Positions 39,654 through 50,135 of a stretch of 64,000 bases of DNA are shown one piece after another. The notes under the pieces were generated by a model. It saw only the letters and a list, made by a program, of their open reading frames with translations, was not told where the DNA came from and did not search any database. How positions within the stretch are numbered: position 1 is the first letter of the stretch; each line of letters begins with the position of its first letter. The stretch is from an uncultured Acidobacteriota bacterium. Lineage in GTDB: Bacteria; Acidobacteriota; Terriglobia; Terriglobales; Acidobacteriaceae. Where the stretch lies: NCBI GenBank assembly GCA_963725945.1, contig CAVSAW010000023.1, positions 16,867 to 80,866 of the forward strand, written 5' to 3'. The position numbers were made by a program, and so were the translations under genes.

Positions 39654-41876
39654 ATGCGTGCAATCACCCTTTTGCTGCCGGCAACTCTTGGTCTCTCCAT
39701 CGCGACCACTCCTCTTGCCGCCCAGGCTCCTCCCAAACCTCTCACCGTCGAGGAAATCTACGCCCACGGCTCGCTCATCGGCAATGCGCCGGGAGATTTG
39801 AGTTGGTCGCCCGACAGCCATCACGTCAGCTATATGGATGGCGGCGAGATCATCGATCTCGACCCCGGATCAGGCAAGCCCCATGTGTTGGTAAGCCGCG
39901 CCAAGATGGCCTCGCTCAAAGGCGCCGAGGGATCTGAACGCGATCGCGATCATCGCGCGCGTTACGGAATGGCGGGCTATCTGTGGGCGCCGGACTCCTT
40001 GCATCTCCTCTTTGACACCAATGGCCGCCTCTGGCTCTACGACCTGCGCAATGGGACCGGGCTTGAAATCGGCTTTGCCGGCGAGGGCTCTGGCGACGAT
40101 CCCAAGTTCTCGCCCAATGGCGAATGCATCTCGTTCGTGCGTAATCACGCCCTCGTCGTCATCCACCTGCGCGATGCCGGAACCCCCGTCACCGTCGTGG
40201 CTCCCACACCTAACGATGCCGTTCTCAACGGCGAGGTCGACTGGGTTTACGAAGAAGAACTGGACACGCGCAGCAACTATTTCTGGTCGCCCGATTCAAA
40301 GTTCCTCGCCTATCTCCAGATGAATGAAGCCCAGGTGCCGCTTTATCCCATTCCAGATTGGATTCCCACCCATCCCACCGTGTATCCCCAGCGCTATCCC
40401 CAGCCCGGCGATTCCAACCCCGAGGTGCGCGTCGGCGTAGTCAATGCCAGTGGAGGCAAAACAGTGTGGGCCAGGCTCCCCATCCACGCCGGTCAGGACT
40501 ACGTTCCGCGCTTTGGCTGGGTCGACCGCAGGACACTATGGATTGAGACCCTCAGCCGCGATCAAAAGCACAAAACTCTCTATTTTGCCGATGCCGCCAG
40601 CGGCGACGCGCATTCCGTCCTCGACCTTACCGACGACAACTTTCTTGACGAGAACTACGACATTTCCGTGGCCGCGGGAAGCATTGTCTTCACCAACTGG
40701 AGTGATGGCCATAACCACATCTATCTCTACAGCTACGACGAACGCAACCCTGCCGCGACCACTTCCAAGCTCGAACGCCAGCTCACCAGGGGCGATTTTG
40801 AAGTGGCGCAAATCTATCGCGTCGATCATGATCACAAACTGATCGACTACGCCTCCAACGAAGGCGACCCGTTGCAGCAACAGATTTGGCAAGTCAACTT
40901 CGAGGGCGACCGAAAGCAACTAAGCTCCGGTTCCGGAACGCACCAGGCCACCTTCGCGCCTGACGGCGATAGCTTTGCTGACAAGTTTTCCTCGCGCATG
41001 AATCCGCCCACGCTGCAGCTTTGCCAGCTCGACAGCAAATGCAATGTCTTCTGGGCAAGCCGCGCCCTCGATCCCTACGGCCTGCGCGCGCCCGATCAGC
41101 TCCAGGCCAAGGCTCACGACGGAACCACCCTCTACGCCACGCTGCTGCTTCCCTCCGGCACAACGAATCCCGCGACTGCTCCCCTGATAGTGAATCCGTA
41201 CGGCGGCCCCGGCCCGCAGGAGATTGCCGACCGCTGGGCCGATGGCCTGCTCTTCGACGAGTTGCTAGCCGAGCATGGATTCGCTGTGCTCCACACCGAC
41301 AATCGCGGCACGGGAATGCGCGGCCGCGCTTTTGCGCAGGCCGCGTATCACAACTTCGGCCCCGTGCAGCTTCAAGATCAGTTAACCGTCGTGGACAACG
41401 TGCTCGCAAAGTATCCGCAACTCGATCCCAGGCGCCTCGGCTGGTGGGGATGGAGTTGGGGCGGCACCTTCACCCTCTACGCGATGACGCACTCCGATCG
41501 ATTTCGCGCCGGAGTCGCGGTCGCTCCCGTCACTGACTGGCACAACTACGACTCTATCTATACCGAGCGCTACATGAGCGAGCCTGCCGAATTTGAATCG
41601 GGCTACAAGGACTTCTCCGTGGTCAACTCAGCAGTCAATCTCAAGGGCCGCCTTCTGCTGGTCCACGGAACCGGCGACGACAACGTCCACATCCAGAACA
41701 CAGTCCAGTTCGTGCAAAAGTTGATTGAAGCCGACATACCCTACGACCTGCAGATTTATCCCCGCAAAACCCACTCCATCTCCGGCCCAGATGTGCGCAC
41801 GCACCTCTATAAGCGCATCCTCGCCCACTTCGAGCAGTACCTCATGCCTCCGCCTGCCGGAGGAGCAGGAGAGTGA
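39654..41876 (+). CDS. S9B dipeptidyl-peptidase IV family peptidase
   Basis: DWVYEEE, GWSWGG nucleophile motif, YDSIYTERYM, HGTGDDNVH. Confidence 0.93.
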   Translation: MRAITLLLPATLGLSIATTPLAAQAPPKPLTVEEIYAHGSLIGNAPGDLSWSPDSHHVSYMDGGEIIDLDPGSGKPHVLVSRAKMASLKGAEGSERDRDHRARYGMAGYLWAPDSLHLLFDTNGRLWLYDLRNGTGLEIGFAGEGSGDDPKFSPNGECISFVRNHALVVIHLRDAGTPVTVVAPTPNDAVLNGEVDWVYEEELDTRSNYFWSPDSKFLAYLQMNEAQVPLYPIPDWIPTHPTVYPQRYPQPGDSNPEVRVGVVNASGGKTVWARLPIHAGQDYVPRFGWVDRRTLWIETLSRDQKHKTLYFADAASGDAHSVLDLTDDNFLDENYDISVAAGSIVFTNWSDGHNHIYLYSYDERNPAATTSKLERQLTRGDFEVAQIYRVDHDHKLIDYASNEGDPLQQQIWQVNFEGDRKQLSSGSGTHQATFAPDGDSFADKFSSRMNPPTLQLCQLDSKCNVFWASRALDPYGLRAPDQLQAKAHDGTTLYATLLLPSGTTNPATAPLIVNPYGGPGPQEIADRWADGLLFDELLAEHGFAVLHTDNRGTGMRGRAFAQAAYHNFGPVQLQDQLTVVDNVLAKYPQLDPRRLGWWGWSWGGTFTLYAMTHSDRFRAGVAVAPVTDWHNYDSIYTERYMSEPAEFESGYKDFSVVNSAVNLKGRLLLVHGTGDDNVHIQNTVQFVQKLIEADIPYDLQIYPRKTHSISGPDVRTHLYKRILAHFEQYLMPPPAGGAGE

Positions 41877-42276
41877 GCAGCGACCCTCTCCGCCAGTTCT
41901 CCAATGAACCAGCCGACGAAGAAACGTGCGCGTATTTGATTCGCTGTGAGCGCGCTCTGCTTGATCCCGCCGTGCGCCGCGATCGCGCCCAAGTCGAGTC
42001 GCTTCTCGCAGAAGAGTTTCAGGAATTCGGCGCTTCAGGTCGCGTGTGGAATCGCCAAACGATTGTGGATTCGCTGGCCAGTGAGGTCTACATCCCTCCC
42101 ACCGCGGAGCAGATGCACTGCGCGCGCATCGCCCCAGACGTGGCGTTGGTCCCTACCGCGCGGTGAGAATCGACACCATTTCCAGCACACGCACAGAATC
42201 CCTGCGCAGTTCCCTATGGATACGAGAATTGGGCCGTTGGCGCCTGCGCTTCCACCAAGGAACGCGCACGGCCTAA
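41873..42276 (+). CDS. DUF4440 protein, frameshifted
   Basis: LL.EEFQEFGASGR, then SLRSSLW...WRLRFHQGT* in another frame. Confidence 0.75.
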
Positions 42277-42298
42277 GCGCCTGTTTATCGTCCAGCCT

Positions 42299-42451
42299 CT
42301 ACACGTGGCGGCGCTTGAAAAGGTCGTCCTTGTCACGGCACTTGCAGTCCGTGCACTCCAGGCAGCAGACCAGCAGCACTGCGACTCCTACCGTCACCAG
42401 GATGGCGAGGACATTCGCATTTGTCGCGAACCAATGGGCTAGGCTGTGCAT
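42299..42451 (-). CDS. Small Cys-rich single-TM protein (50 aa)
   Basis: Translated by hand: MHSLAHWFATNANVLAILVTVGVAVLLVCCLECTDCKCRDKDDLFKRRHV*. Confidence 0.55.
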   Translation of the reverse strand: MHSLAHWFATNANVLAILVTVGVAVLLVCCLECTDCKCRDKDDLFKRRHV

Positions 42452-42662
42452 ATCGGCTGAGGAAAGCGTACTCCACAATCCCCTGTGGATGAATGGACAT
42501 TACGCTTATCTTTTATTGGATTCGGATTACGGAAGTCCGAATAGCAGTTACCGAAGTCCCAATGCGTTGAGTTTAGCACCGCCGGAACAGCCGCTTCATT
42601 TTGTTCGCTGCACTGAAAAAACCTCTTGCATCAAGGAGAATAAAAAGCGAAAATAAATGGAG

Positions 42663-44073
42663 ATGGCCACCGCTCCCATCCCGGTCCCCAGCTCACCCCC
42701 ACGCTGGCCCCAAGCCTGGCATCCGGACTCCCAGCCGGTCTGGCCGCACGACCTCCCTCCGTCCGAGACGGCGCCGCCTCCACAAGAGCCCGACTCCGGC
42801 CCTTGTCTCAACTGGCTCTTCGTCGATCTCAACTCCTACTTCGCCTCCTGCGAGCAGCAGGATCGCCCCGAACTGCGCGGCCGTCCCGTCGCCGTCGTGC
42901 CCATGATGGCCGACACAACCTGCTGCATCGCCGCCAGTTACGAGGCCAAAGCCTTCGGCGTCAAAACCGGCACCATCGTCGCCGACGCCAAACGCATGTG
43001 CCCCGGCCTTGAACTGGTCGAGGCCCGCCACGAGCTCTATGTCGACTACCATCATCGCATCGTCGAAGCCGTCGAAAGCTGCCTGCCCGTCACCGCCGTC
43101 CTCTCCATCGACGAAATGGCCTGCCGCCTCATGGGCCGCGAGCGCCCGCTTCTCGCCGCCCTCGAACTCGGCCGCAAGGTCAAAGCCCGCATTCGCGAGC
43201 GGGTCGGCCCCATGCTGCGCAGCTCCGTCGGCCTGGCCACCAACCGCTATCTCGCCAAGGTCGCCAGCGACATGGAAAAGCCCGACGGCCTGGTCGCCCT
43301 GCCTCTCGACATCCTCGCCGAGGCGCTCAGTCAGCTCACCCTGCGTGACCTGCCCGGCATCGGCGCGCGCACTGAGAAGCGCCTCAACGCCAAGGGCATC
43401 CACACCATGCAGGATCTGCTGGCCCTCGGCTGCGAACAGGCCGGCGAGCTCTGGGGTTCCGTCTGGGGCGAACGCCTCTGGCACTGGCTCCACGGCGAAG
43501 ACTTCGACATGGCCGAGACCGAGCACCTCAAGTCCATCAGCCACTCCCACGTGCTCGCCCCCGAAATGCGCACCGCGGAGAAGGCCTGGGCCGTCGCCCA
43601 CAAGCTGCTCCATAAAGCCGCCATGCGCCTGCGCTCCGGCGGATTGTGGGCCAGCAGCATCGGCCTCGCCGTCGGCTTTGCCGTTCCCCGCAGCGAGAAA
43701 GCGCCCGTCAGCCGCTTCGGCGTACCCACCCGCGGCTGGCACGGCGAAATCCGCCTCAGCGAGTGCCAGGACAATCAAACCCTCATCGCCGCCCTCAGCC
43801 GTCTCTGGGCCATCGCGCCCCGCCGGCGCCGAATACGACCAGCCCTACTTCATCGGCGTCCAGCTCAACGGCCTGGTCCCCGACCGCCTGCACTCCCTCA
43901 ACCTCTTCGAGGCCCTGGACGGCGCAACAGAGCCGCACCCGACTGCTCGCCGCCATGGACGAGCTGAATCAGAAAGTACGGCATGAGCACGCTGGCCCCC
44001 GCCACCATGCTCACCGCCTTACAAAGCCGCGCCCACCCGGATCGCCTTCCACAGCATCCCCGACCTGTTCTGA
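42663..44073 (+). CDS. dinB: Y-family DNA polymerase (DinB-like) with C-terminal frameshifts
   Basis: FVDLNSYFASCEQ, IAASYEAK.FGVKTG, SIDE, LAKVASDMEKPDG, LPGIG; ends RIAFHSIPDLF*. Confidence 0.88.
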
Positions 44074-44279
44074 GCCACCACTGCGAACTTGTTCCTCCAT
44101 TCGCGTAACTCTCTGCATCCCCGCGTACCGCTTCCTTGCGGAGTAAGAGAGTAGCAGCGAGATTTATGGTGCATGACGCCAGCGCTTCAGGAACAGGCTC
44201 ATTCGAATCCGTGGCAGCAAAGTCGACGCGATCAGCAGGGAGCGGCGATCCCACCGCGGATAAGAAGAGTAGAAGCGAC

Positions 44280-44823
44280 ATGATATGGCCTAAAGCGATC
44301 TGGCAGCCGGACTTCGAACAACTCGTGGACGAGCACCAGTCCATGGTGTTTTCGCTGGCCTGGCGCATGACCGGCGACCGCGGTCTGGCTGAGGAGATCG
44401 CGCAGGATGTCTTTCTTGAAATGGATCGGCACCTGGCCAAAATCGAATCCGCCGAGCACGCCCGCTTCTGGCTGCGCCGCGTGGCCATGAGCCGCTCGGC
44501 CGATGCGTTGCGGCGGCGCAGGGTGCGCGGCGTGGACCTGTGGGTTGAGATTGAAGAGAATCACGGCGCGCCGGTGGAGGCGAAATCTTCTCCGCTCGGC
44601 TGCGCGTTTGGAACAACTGCTGGCGACGCTGCCGGAGCCGCAGCGCGCGGCGCTGGTTCTTCGCTACCAGGAGGACCTGACGCCGGAAGAGATTGCGGCC
44701 ACGCTGGACGCGCCGCTGGCCACGGTAAAGAGCCACCTGCAGCGGGGATTGAAGCTGCTGCGGGCCAAGGCCACGAATCATTTAGGCGAATACATCCGGG
44801 CAGACAAAGTACGCCAGGAATAA
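44280..44823 (+). CDS. ECF sigma factor (frameshift near 44600)
   Basis: AEEIAQDVFL, WLRRVA, LPEPQRAALVLRYQEDL..EEIA....ATVKSHLQRG. Confidence 0.88.
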
Positions 44824-44860
44824 ACAGCAAGACTTGGAATCAGCATTAGGGAGCAAATCC

Positions 44861-45193
44861 GTGGAGCATGAACCGATCGACGACTTTGAACGCGAACTTC
44901 AGCAGGCCTTTGAGCGCCGGCCCGCGCCGCCCGGCCTCAAGCGCAAACTGATTGAGCGGCGTCGCTCGAGTCGCGCGCAGCGCACCCACAGCCACATCGT
45001 GCTCTGGCAGCGTCTCGCCGCTTCTGTGGTCCTCGCCGGCATTCTCGGCGGCGCGCTGGCCTGGCGTCATGCCGACGAAGTTCGCCGCGGCGAGGCGGCC
45101 CGTCAGCAGGTGCTCACCGCCCTGCGCATCACCAACCACGCCCTCAACGAAGTGAATGCGCGGCTCAATACCCGTAGCCGCTCGGACGAATAG
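44861..45193 (+). CDS. Putative membrane anti-sigma factor
   Basis: Short cytoplasmic domain, one TM helix, EAARQQVLTALRIT; directly follows the ECF gene. Confidence 0.7.
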   Translation: MEHEPIDDFERELQQAFERRPAPPGLKRKLIERRRSSRAQRTHSHIVLWQRLAASVVLAGILGGALAWRHADEVRRGEAARQQVLTALRITNHALNEVNARLNTRSRSDE

Positions 45194-45206
45194 TAAGGAG
45201 ATCCCG

Positions 45207-45803
45207 ATGAAGAACCGCATCGCAATTGTTCTTTTAGCCGCAGCCGCACTGGCCGCGCCTCTGCTGGCGCAAACCTCGCCGCTGCCCTTGCCGTCTCCCG
45301 TTGAAAAGGAGCTGGCTGCGCGCGCCTCGGATGTCACTGAGGTCACGCTGGGCAAAAACATGCTCGCCTTCGCCGCAAAATTCATGAACGGCAAAGACAG
45401 CGACGAAGCCGCCACCCGCCATCTCATCGAGGGCCTCGACGGCATCTATGTCCGCGAGTATGAGTTCGACAAGGAAGGCCAGTACTCGATGGAACAGATC
45501 GAGCAGCTCCGCAAGTACTTCGAAACCAGCGAGTGGACCCCCATCGTCCGCGAGCGCGAGCGCAAGACCGGCGAGACCACCGACGTTATGGTCAAGATGG
45601 TCAACGGCGAGAACCGCGGCATGTTCATCCTCTCCGCGGAGCCGAAGGAGCTGACCATCGTGCTCATCCTCGGCAACATCCGCATGGATCAGCTCGGTGA
45701 ACTCAAGGGCCTCGGTGGATTGGGCGCTCTGGGCGACATCGAGAAGGACACGCACGGCAAAGATAAAGACAAGGACAAGGACAAGAAGGGTGGCGACCAA
45801 TGA
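45207..45803 (+). CDS. DUF4252-family secreted protein
   Basis: AAGGAG RBS, signal peptide, EVTLGKNML, GIYVREYEF, EPKELTIVLILG. Confidence 0.82.
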   Translation: MKNRIAIVLLAAAALAAPLLAQTSPLPLPSPVEKELAARASDVTEVTLGKNMLAFAAKFMNGKDSDEAATRHLIEGLDGIYVREYEFDKEGQYSMEQIEQLRKYFETSEWTPIVRERERKTGETTDVMVKMVNGENRGMFILSAEPKELTIVLILGNIRMDQLGELKGLGGLGALGDIEKDTHGKDKDKDKDKKGGDQ

Positions 45804-46321
45804 AGCAGCTTCTCTTGATTCCCATCTGCTGTGTGGCTCTGCTGATTCCAGTCGTCGTGCTGGCCGGCGGCGGCGAGGGCGGCTTTGACGGCGTAGTCAG
45901 CTCCATTGAGAGCCGCTACCACGCGCATGCCACGCGCATTCCCTTTCTCGGCCTCATCAGCCTCATCGCGCGCAAGTCCACGCACGAAGGCGTCGGCAAT
46001 CTCCACGTGGCGGAGTTCGACAACTTCAGTGCCCAGGTCGACGGCGACGAGCTCAATCGCATGGTCGAAGAAAAGCTGGGCCAGGGTTGGGAACGCATCA
46101 TCCGCGAAACCAGCAAGACAGCGGGCGGCGAGCAGACGCTGATCTTCATGCGCCCTGAAGGCAGCCGCATGGGCCTCTTCGTCGTCGACCTCGACGGCCA
46201 CGAAATGGATGTGGTCCAGGTCTCCGTCGATCCCGATCACCTCAACCAAAACATCGGCCACTACGAGCACCACCACGACAGCGACAGCGACGGCGATCAC
46301 GACCCCGGCGCCTCCGACTAG
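45800..46321 (+). CDS. Secreted hypothetical protein, possibly DUF4252-related
   Basis: Start overlaps the upstream stop; signal peptide; W.RIIRE motif similar to the upstream gene. Confidence 0.72.
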   Translation: MKQLLLIPICCVALLIPVVVLAGGGEGGFDGVVSSIESRYHAHATRIPFLGLISLIARKSTHEGVGNLHVAEFDNFSAQVDGDELNRMVEEKLGQGWERIIRETSKTAGGEQTLIFMRPEGSRMGLFVVDLDGHEMDVVQVSVDPDHLNQNIGHYEHHHDSDSDGDHDPGASD

Positions 46322-46344
46322 CCGCATCGTGGCGCGACCACAAA

Positions 46345-46682
46345 TCTGGGTGCCCGCGCCCTTGACTTCCCACGGATTTGTCGGGAAACTGACTCGTGCC
46401 TTAGGAGGGAGCAGAGGCCTTCAGGCCTCTGAATCCACCAGCCCAAATAGACCGCCGCCTTTAGGCCCGGACTGCAGAGGGGTGGCCCATGTCTCGATCC
46501 TGAGACATGGGAAAGCACTCAGTTCCCGGCCCCCCTCATCCTCCGTAAACATGAAGAAGTGTCATCCCGAGAGCAGCGCGCCTGCCGGGGTCCCCGTGGA
46601 CAGGTCTTCGCCCATGGGGTGACTTCGGGCCCCAGCGCGGTCCCTCCGCGATGGGGCAAACGGAGCGAAGGATCTGCTTCTC
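46345..46682. repeat. Cluster of several REP-like palindromic elements between convergent genes
   Basis: AGAGGCCTTCAGGCCTCT; CCCATGTCTC-GATCCT-GAGACATGGG; TGTCATCCCGA...GCGAAGGATCTGCT with a nested CCCCGTGG..CCATGGGG. Confidence 0.65.
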
Positions 46683-46964
46683 GGCAAGCGCGCACGGCCG
46701 GACGTTGCAGATCGGTCTAGGGAAAGGATTACTACCTCGAAGCGCGTTTATGGGGACCAATCTTCGAGAGGCAGTCTAACCAGGTCAATGAGTGCATTGG
46801 TCTGAAGTCGTCAAATCACAGTCAAATGCTGAACAGGCATGCCATATGTATCGCCTGTTTCAGCCTTATCTCAGTAATTCGGATGCGTTGAATAGGTCAG
46901 CTCAGCCTATTGAGGGCGCCCCTTTTGAAAAGGCGCAATTCGCTCGGAAAATCACTTTTGTAAG

Positions 46965-48522
46965 TCAGCTAAAGTGCTGGTTTGTCCGCCAGAACTCGGG
47001 CCAGCCTTTGCGAGGCGGGCCGCAGACGAAGATGTCAGGGCTGTCATCGCTCTCTTCGTTGTGGATGCCGAGCGAGTTGCCGTTGTGCCCCGCCAACCGG
47101 CACGACGTGAATTCGGCATCCACCCGCTTTTGCGACCATCCGACGACGATCAGCGCAGAGGGCTGTTGCTCCGGATAGGTCCGCAAATAAAACGAATTGG
47201 TCAGGCTAATGGGAGGCGGCAGATGGTAAGCAGGGCCAAGATTCTCAATCGCTCCCGCTTCGCCATAATTGTCAACAAGGATACCGACGTTCGACGACTG
47301 ATCCGCTGGAAGCGAATCGCGAATGCCGGCAACGGCTTTGACGAGTTCGTCCCAGCCGAACTCCTCCCGCAGGTCGGAGCCTCTTGCTCAGGGCAAAATC
47401 GCGCAGCGAACCACTGGACGCAAGAGGCACATAGCTGGCAAAGAAGTATCCACCGCAGAAAACCAGGCCAGCAAAGAAGACAGCTTCCACTCCGTACCGC
47501 ACATAAGCGGAACGCACCGTAAGCCAGCGTACGGCAACGACCGCGCCCATCGCAATCAACGCTGGATACGCCTCTGCGACGTAGTAGAAGCGTCCCTTGT
47601 TAATCCAGAAGAGCACGACGGGGAGAACGTACATCCAGGCGAGCATGCGATAACGGCTGGAACGGAAAAAGGCGATGAGGCCGGCAATCCAGAGCGGCGC
47701 GGCGAACGGGTTTACATCCATAAGAAATTGATACGTCCAGTACCCATCGGCGCGGCCTTCGCCCACGTCACGCGCATGGATGTGTTGGAGCATGTGATAG
47801 GAGATAAAGTCGTGGTGGATGAGCCAAACGATATTGGGTAGGAACAGGAAAAGCGTAATCGCGACGCCGCTCCACAACCACATGCTGCGAAGGTAACGGC
47901 GCGCGCCGGTGAGAATGAGTCCGGCAAGCAGACCGGCGATGAAGAAGGCTATCGAGTACTTGGTGAGTAGGCCCAGGCCGATGGCGGTGCCGATGGCGAT
48001 CCACCAGCGGGGGTTTTCGGACTTGAGCAAGCGGATGGTGAACCAGCAAACGAGCGTCCACCATAAATAGGAGAAGGACGTGTACTGGAAAACGGTGGAA
48101 ATGATGATGAGGATCCCGGAAAGTCCGACCGAAAGTGCGGCGGTGACCTGCGCAAGCCGATTCCCGCCGAGATCGCGCGCCATGAGGCCGCTGACCAGGA
48201 TAACGATTGCCTGGGCGAGGACCGAGAAGAGACGCAGGCCGACTAGCGAAAGGCCGAAGAGGCTGAAGCCGATGTGCTCGATGAACGGTGTGAGAGGCGG
48301 ATAGGCAACGAAACCCCAGTCGAGATGACGTGCATCGGAGAGGAATTGCAGTTCGTCACGATCGAAGCCGTAGCGGCCGCTGGTGAGGATGTGGATCAGG
48401 GCGAAGGCGGCGGCAATAGCCATGAGGAGGGCCGTGTCGCGGCGCGTAGTGGAGGCTAGCGAGCGGTCGGTGGGCGAGATCGAGCGGTCGGTGGCAAAAG
48501 GAAGCATAGTGGTTTCACGCAT
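46965..48522 (-). CDS. GT39/ArnT-like membrane glycosyltransferase, frameshifted
   Basis: YGFDRDEL, LDWGFVAYPPL, GLLTKYS, PNIVW...H; C-terminal N.LGIHNEE..IFVC. Confidence 0.85.
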
Positions 48523-49140
48523 CAGGAGAGCTTACGTTGACGCGTGGATGTCAGTTCCCCAGGCAAGTAACGGTGATAAAAGCAGTCATGATATGCGCCC
48601 GCCACTACGAGCGCAGCGCCGAGGAAGTGCAGCAAACTGCAGCGACAAGTCCATCCATCGTCATGCGAGGATTTTACTTCGGCATTGAGTTCGACTGACG
48701 ATTGCCATCCATCGGGAGGGGACCCTTTCATTGGCTCGGTTGATGCGAAATCGCGGTTGAACTCATCGACGAATGGACTAGTACCGAGAAGTCGGCTTAT
48801 GGCAAGTGACGCAGGCTGCCTTGGTTCATTCCTCGCTAAGCGTTCATTGGTGTCAAACTGCGCTCTAACTAGCAAGTCCATTTCGCGCGGCGATCTTAGA
48901 CCACCCGCCGTGCAGATCTAAAACGAAGCTCTTCCGCATTGAGTTCTCCGATCTCCGCGGCGAGAAGCCAAAAAACGAACAGCCAACAGCTAAAAGCTGC
49001 TTCCTCCCCTCTCACTTTTCGCCAAACGTGGCAATCCATCGCCACGCTTTCCGGCCAACCGTGGCATACCGTTGCCACACTTTCACTCAAAAAGCGCGGC
49101 CCTGACCCCAATCATTCGCTCTCGCTACACTGGGAGCGGC

Positions 49141-50043
49141 ATGGTCGGCAACTTTCCAAAGCGGGTACTTCGTTATCGCGGCAGGCTCGCGCCCTCGCCC
49201 ACAGGCTATCTGCATGTAGGCCATGCGCTTACCTTCTTCACTGCAGCCGAACGCGCGCGCCAGGCTGGCGGCAGGCTCATCCTGCGCATGGAGGATCTCG
49301 ATCCCGATCGCAGCCGCCCGGAATACGCCCGCGCCGCCCTCGAAGACCTGCGATGGCTCGGCCTGCACTGGGACGAAGGCCCCGACATCGGCGGTCCCTT
49401 CAAGCCCTATGCGCAAAGCGAGCGCCACAAGGTCTACCTCGGCGTTTGGCGTAAGTTGTTGCAGGGCGGATACATCTACCCCTGTCGCTGTTCCCGCAAA
49501 GACCTCGCCGCCTCGCTCAATGCACCCCACGAGGGTGAAGCGGCGCCCCTCGACGATGAGCCTGTCTATCCCGGCACTTGCCGTCCCGTCCAGACTGACT
49601 CGCCGAGCCCTCCAGCAATCACCGCGCTTGAGCTGGAAAATCCCGAAGGCTTCAACTGGCGTTTCCGCGTCCCCGACGGCGAAACGATTGAATTTAAAGA
49701 CGTAAACCTCGGCCCGCAACGCTTCATCGCTGGCCGCGACTTCGGCGATTTCCTTGTCTGGCGGCGCGACAGTGTGCCGAGTTATCAGCTCGCCTGCGTC
49801 GCCGACGACTCCGCCATGGGCGTCACCGAGGTGGTGCGCGGCGCCGACCTGCTCAAGTCCACCGTCCGCCAGATCCTTTTAAATCAGGCGCTTGGCTTCA
49901 TCAACCCGGAGTGGTTCCACTGCCGCCTCGTTCTGGATGAGAACGGACAGCGCCTAGCCAAGCGCCACGATGCTCTAAGCATCCGGACTCTACGCGAGCG
50001 AGGCCTCACGCCTTCCGAAATCCTCTCGATGAAGCCAATTTAG
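49141..50043 (+). CDS. gluQ: Glutamyl-Q tRNA(Asp) synthetase
   Basis: YRGRLAPSPTGYLHVGH, LRMEDLD, YPCRCSR, YQLACVADD, RG.DLL, RLAKRH; no anticodon-binding domain. Confidence 0.88.
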   Translation: MVGNFPKRVLRYRGRLAPSPTGYLHVGHALTFFTAAERARQAGGRLILRMEDLDPDRSRPEYARAALEDLRWLGLHWDEGPDIGGPFKPYAQSERHKVYLGVWRKLLQGGYIYPCRCSRKDLAASLNAPHEGEAAPLDDEPVYPGTCRPVQTDSPSPPAITALELENPEGFNWRFRVPDGETIEFKDVNLGPQRFIAGRDFGDFLVWRRDSVPSYQLACVADDSAMGVTEVVRGADLLKSTVRQILLNQALGFINPEWFHCRLVLDENGQRLAKRHDALSIRTLRERGLTPSEILSMKPI

Positions 50044-50135
50044 AATGTGTAAGATACGGAATCAAGAGACGAAAAAGAAAAGAGGCACGGCTGGGTTTTC
50101 AGCCGCGCCCTGTTTGCCTTACCCGTGTCCGATGC

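Noticed and set aside
48522..48881. 119-aa minus-strand ORF upstream of the GT39 gene
   Set aside because: No recognisable motif or coding signal; possibly a remnant, not supportable as a gene.
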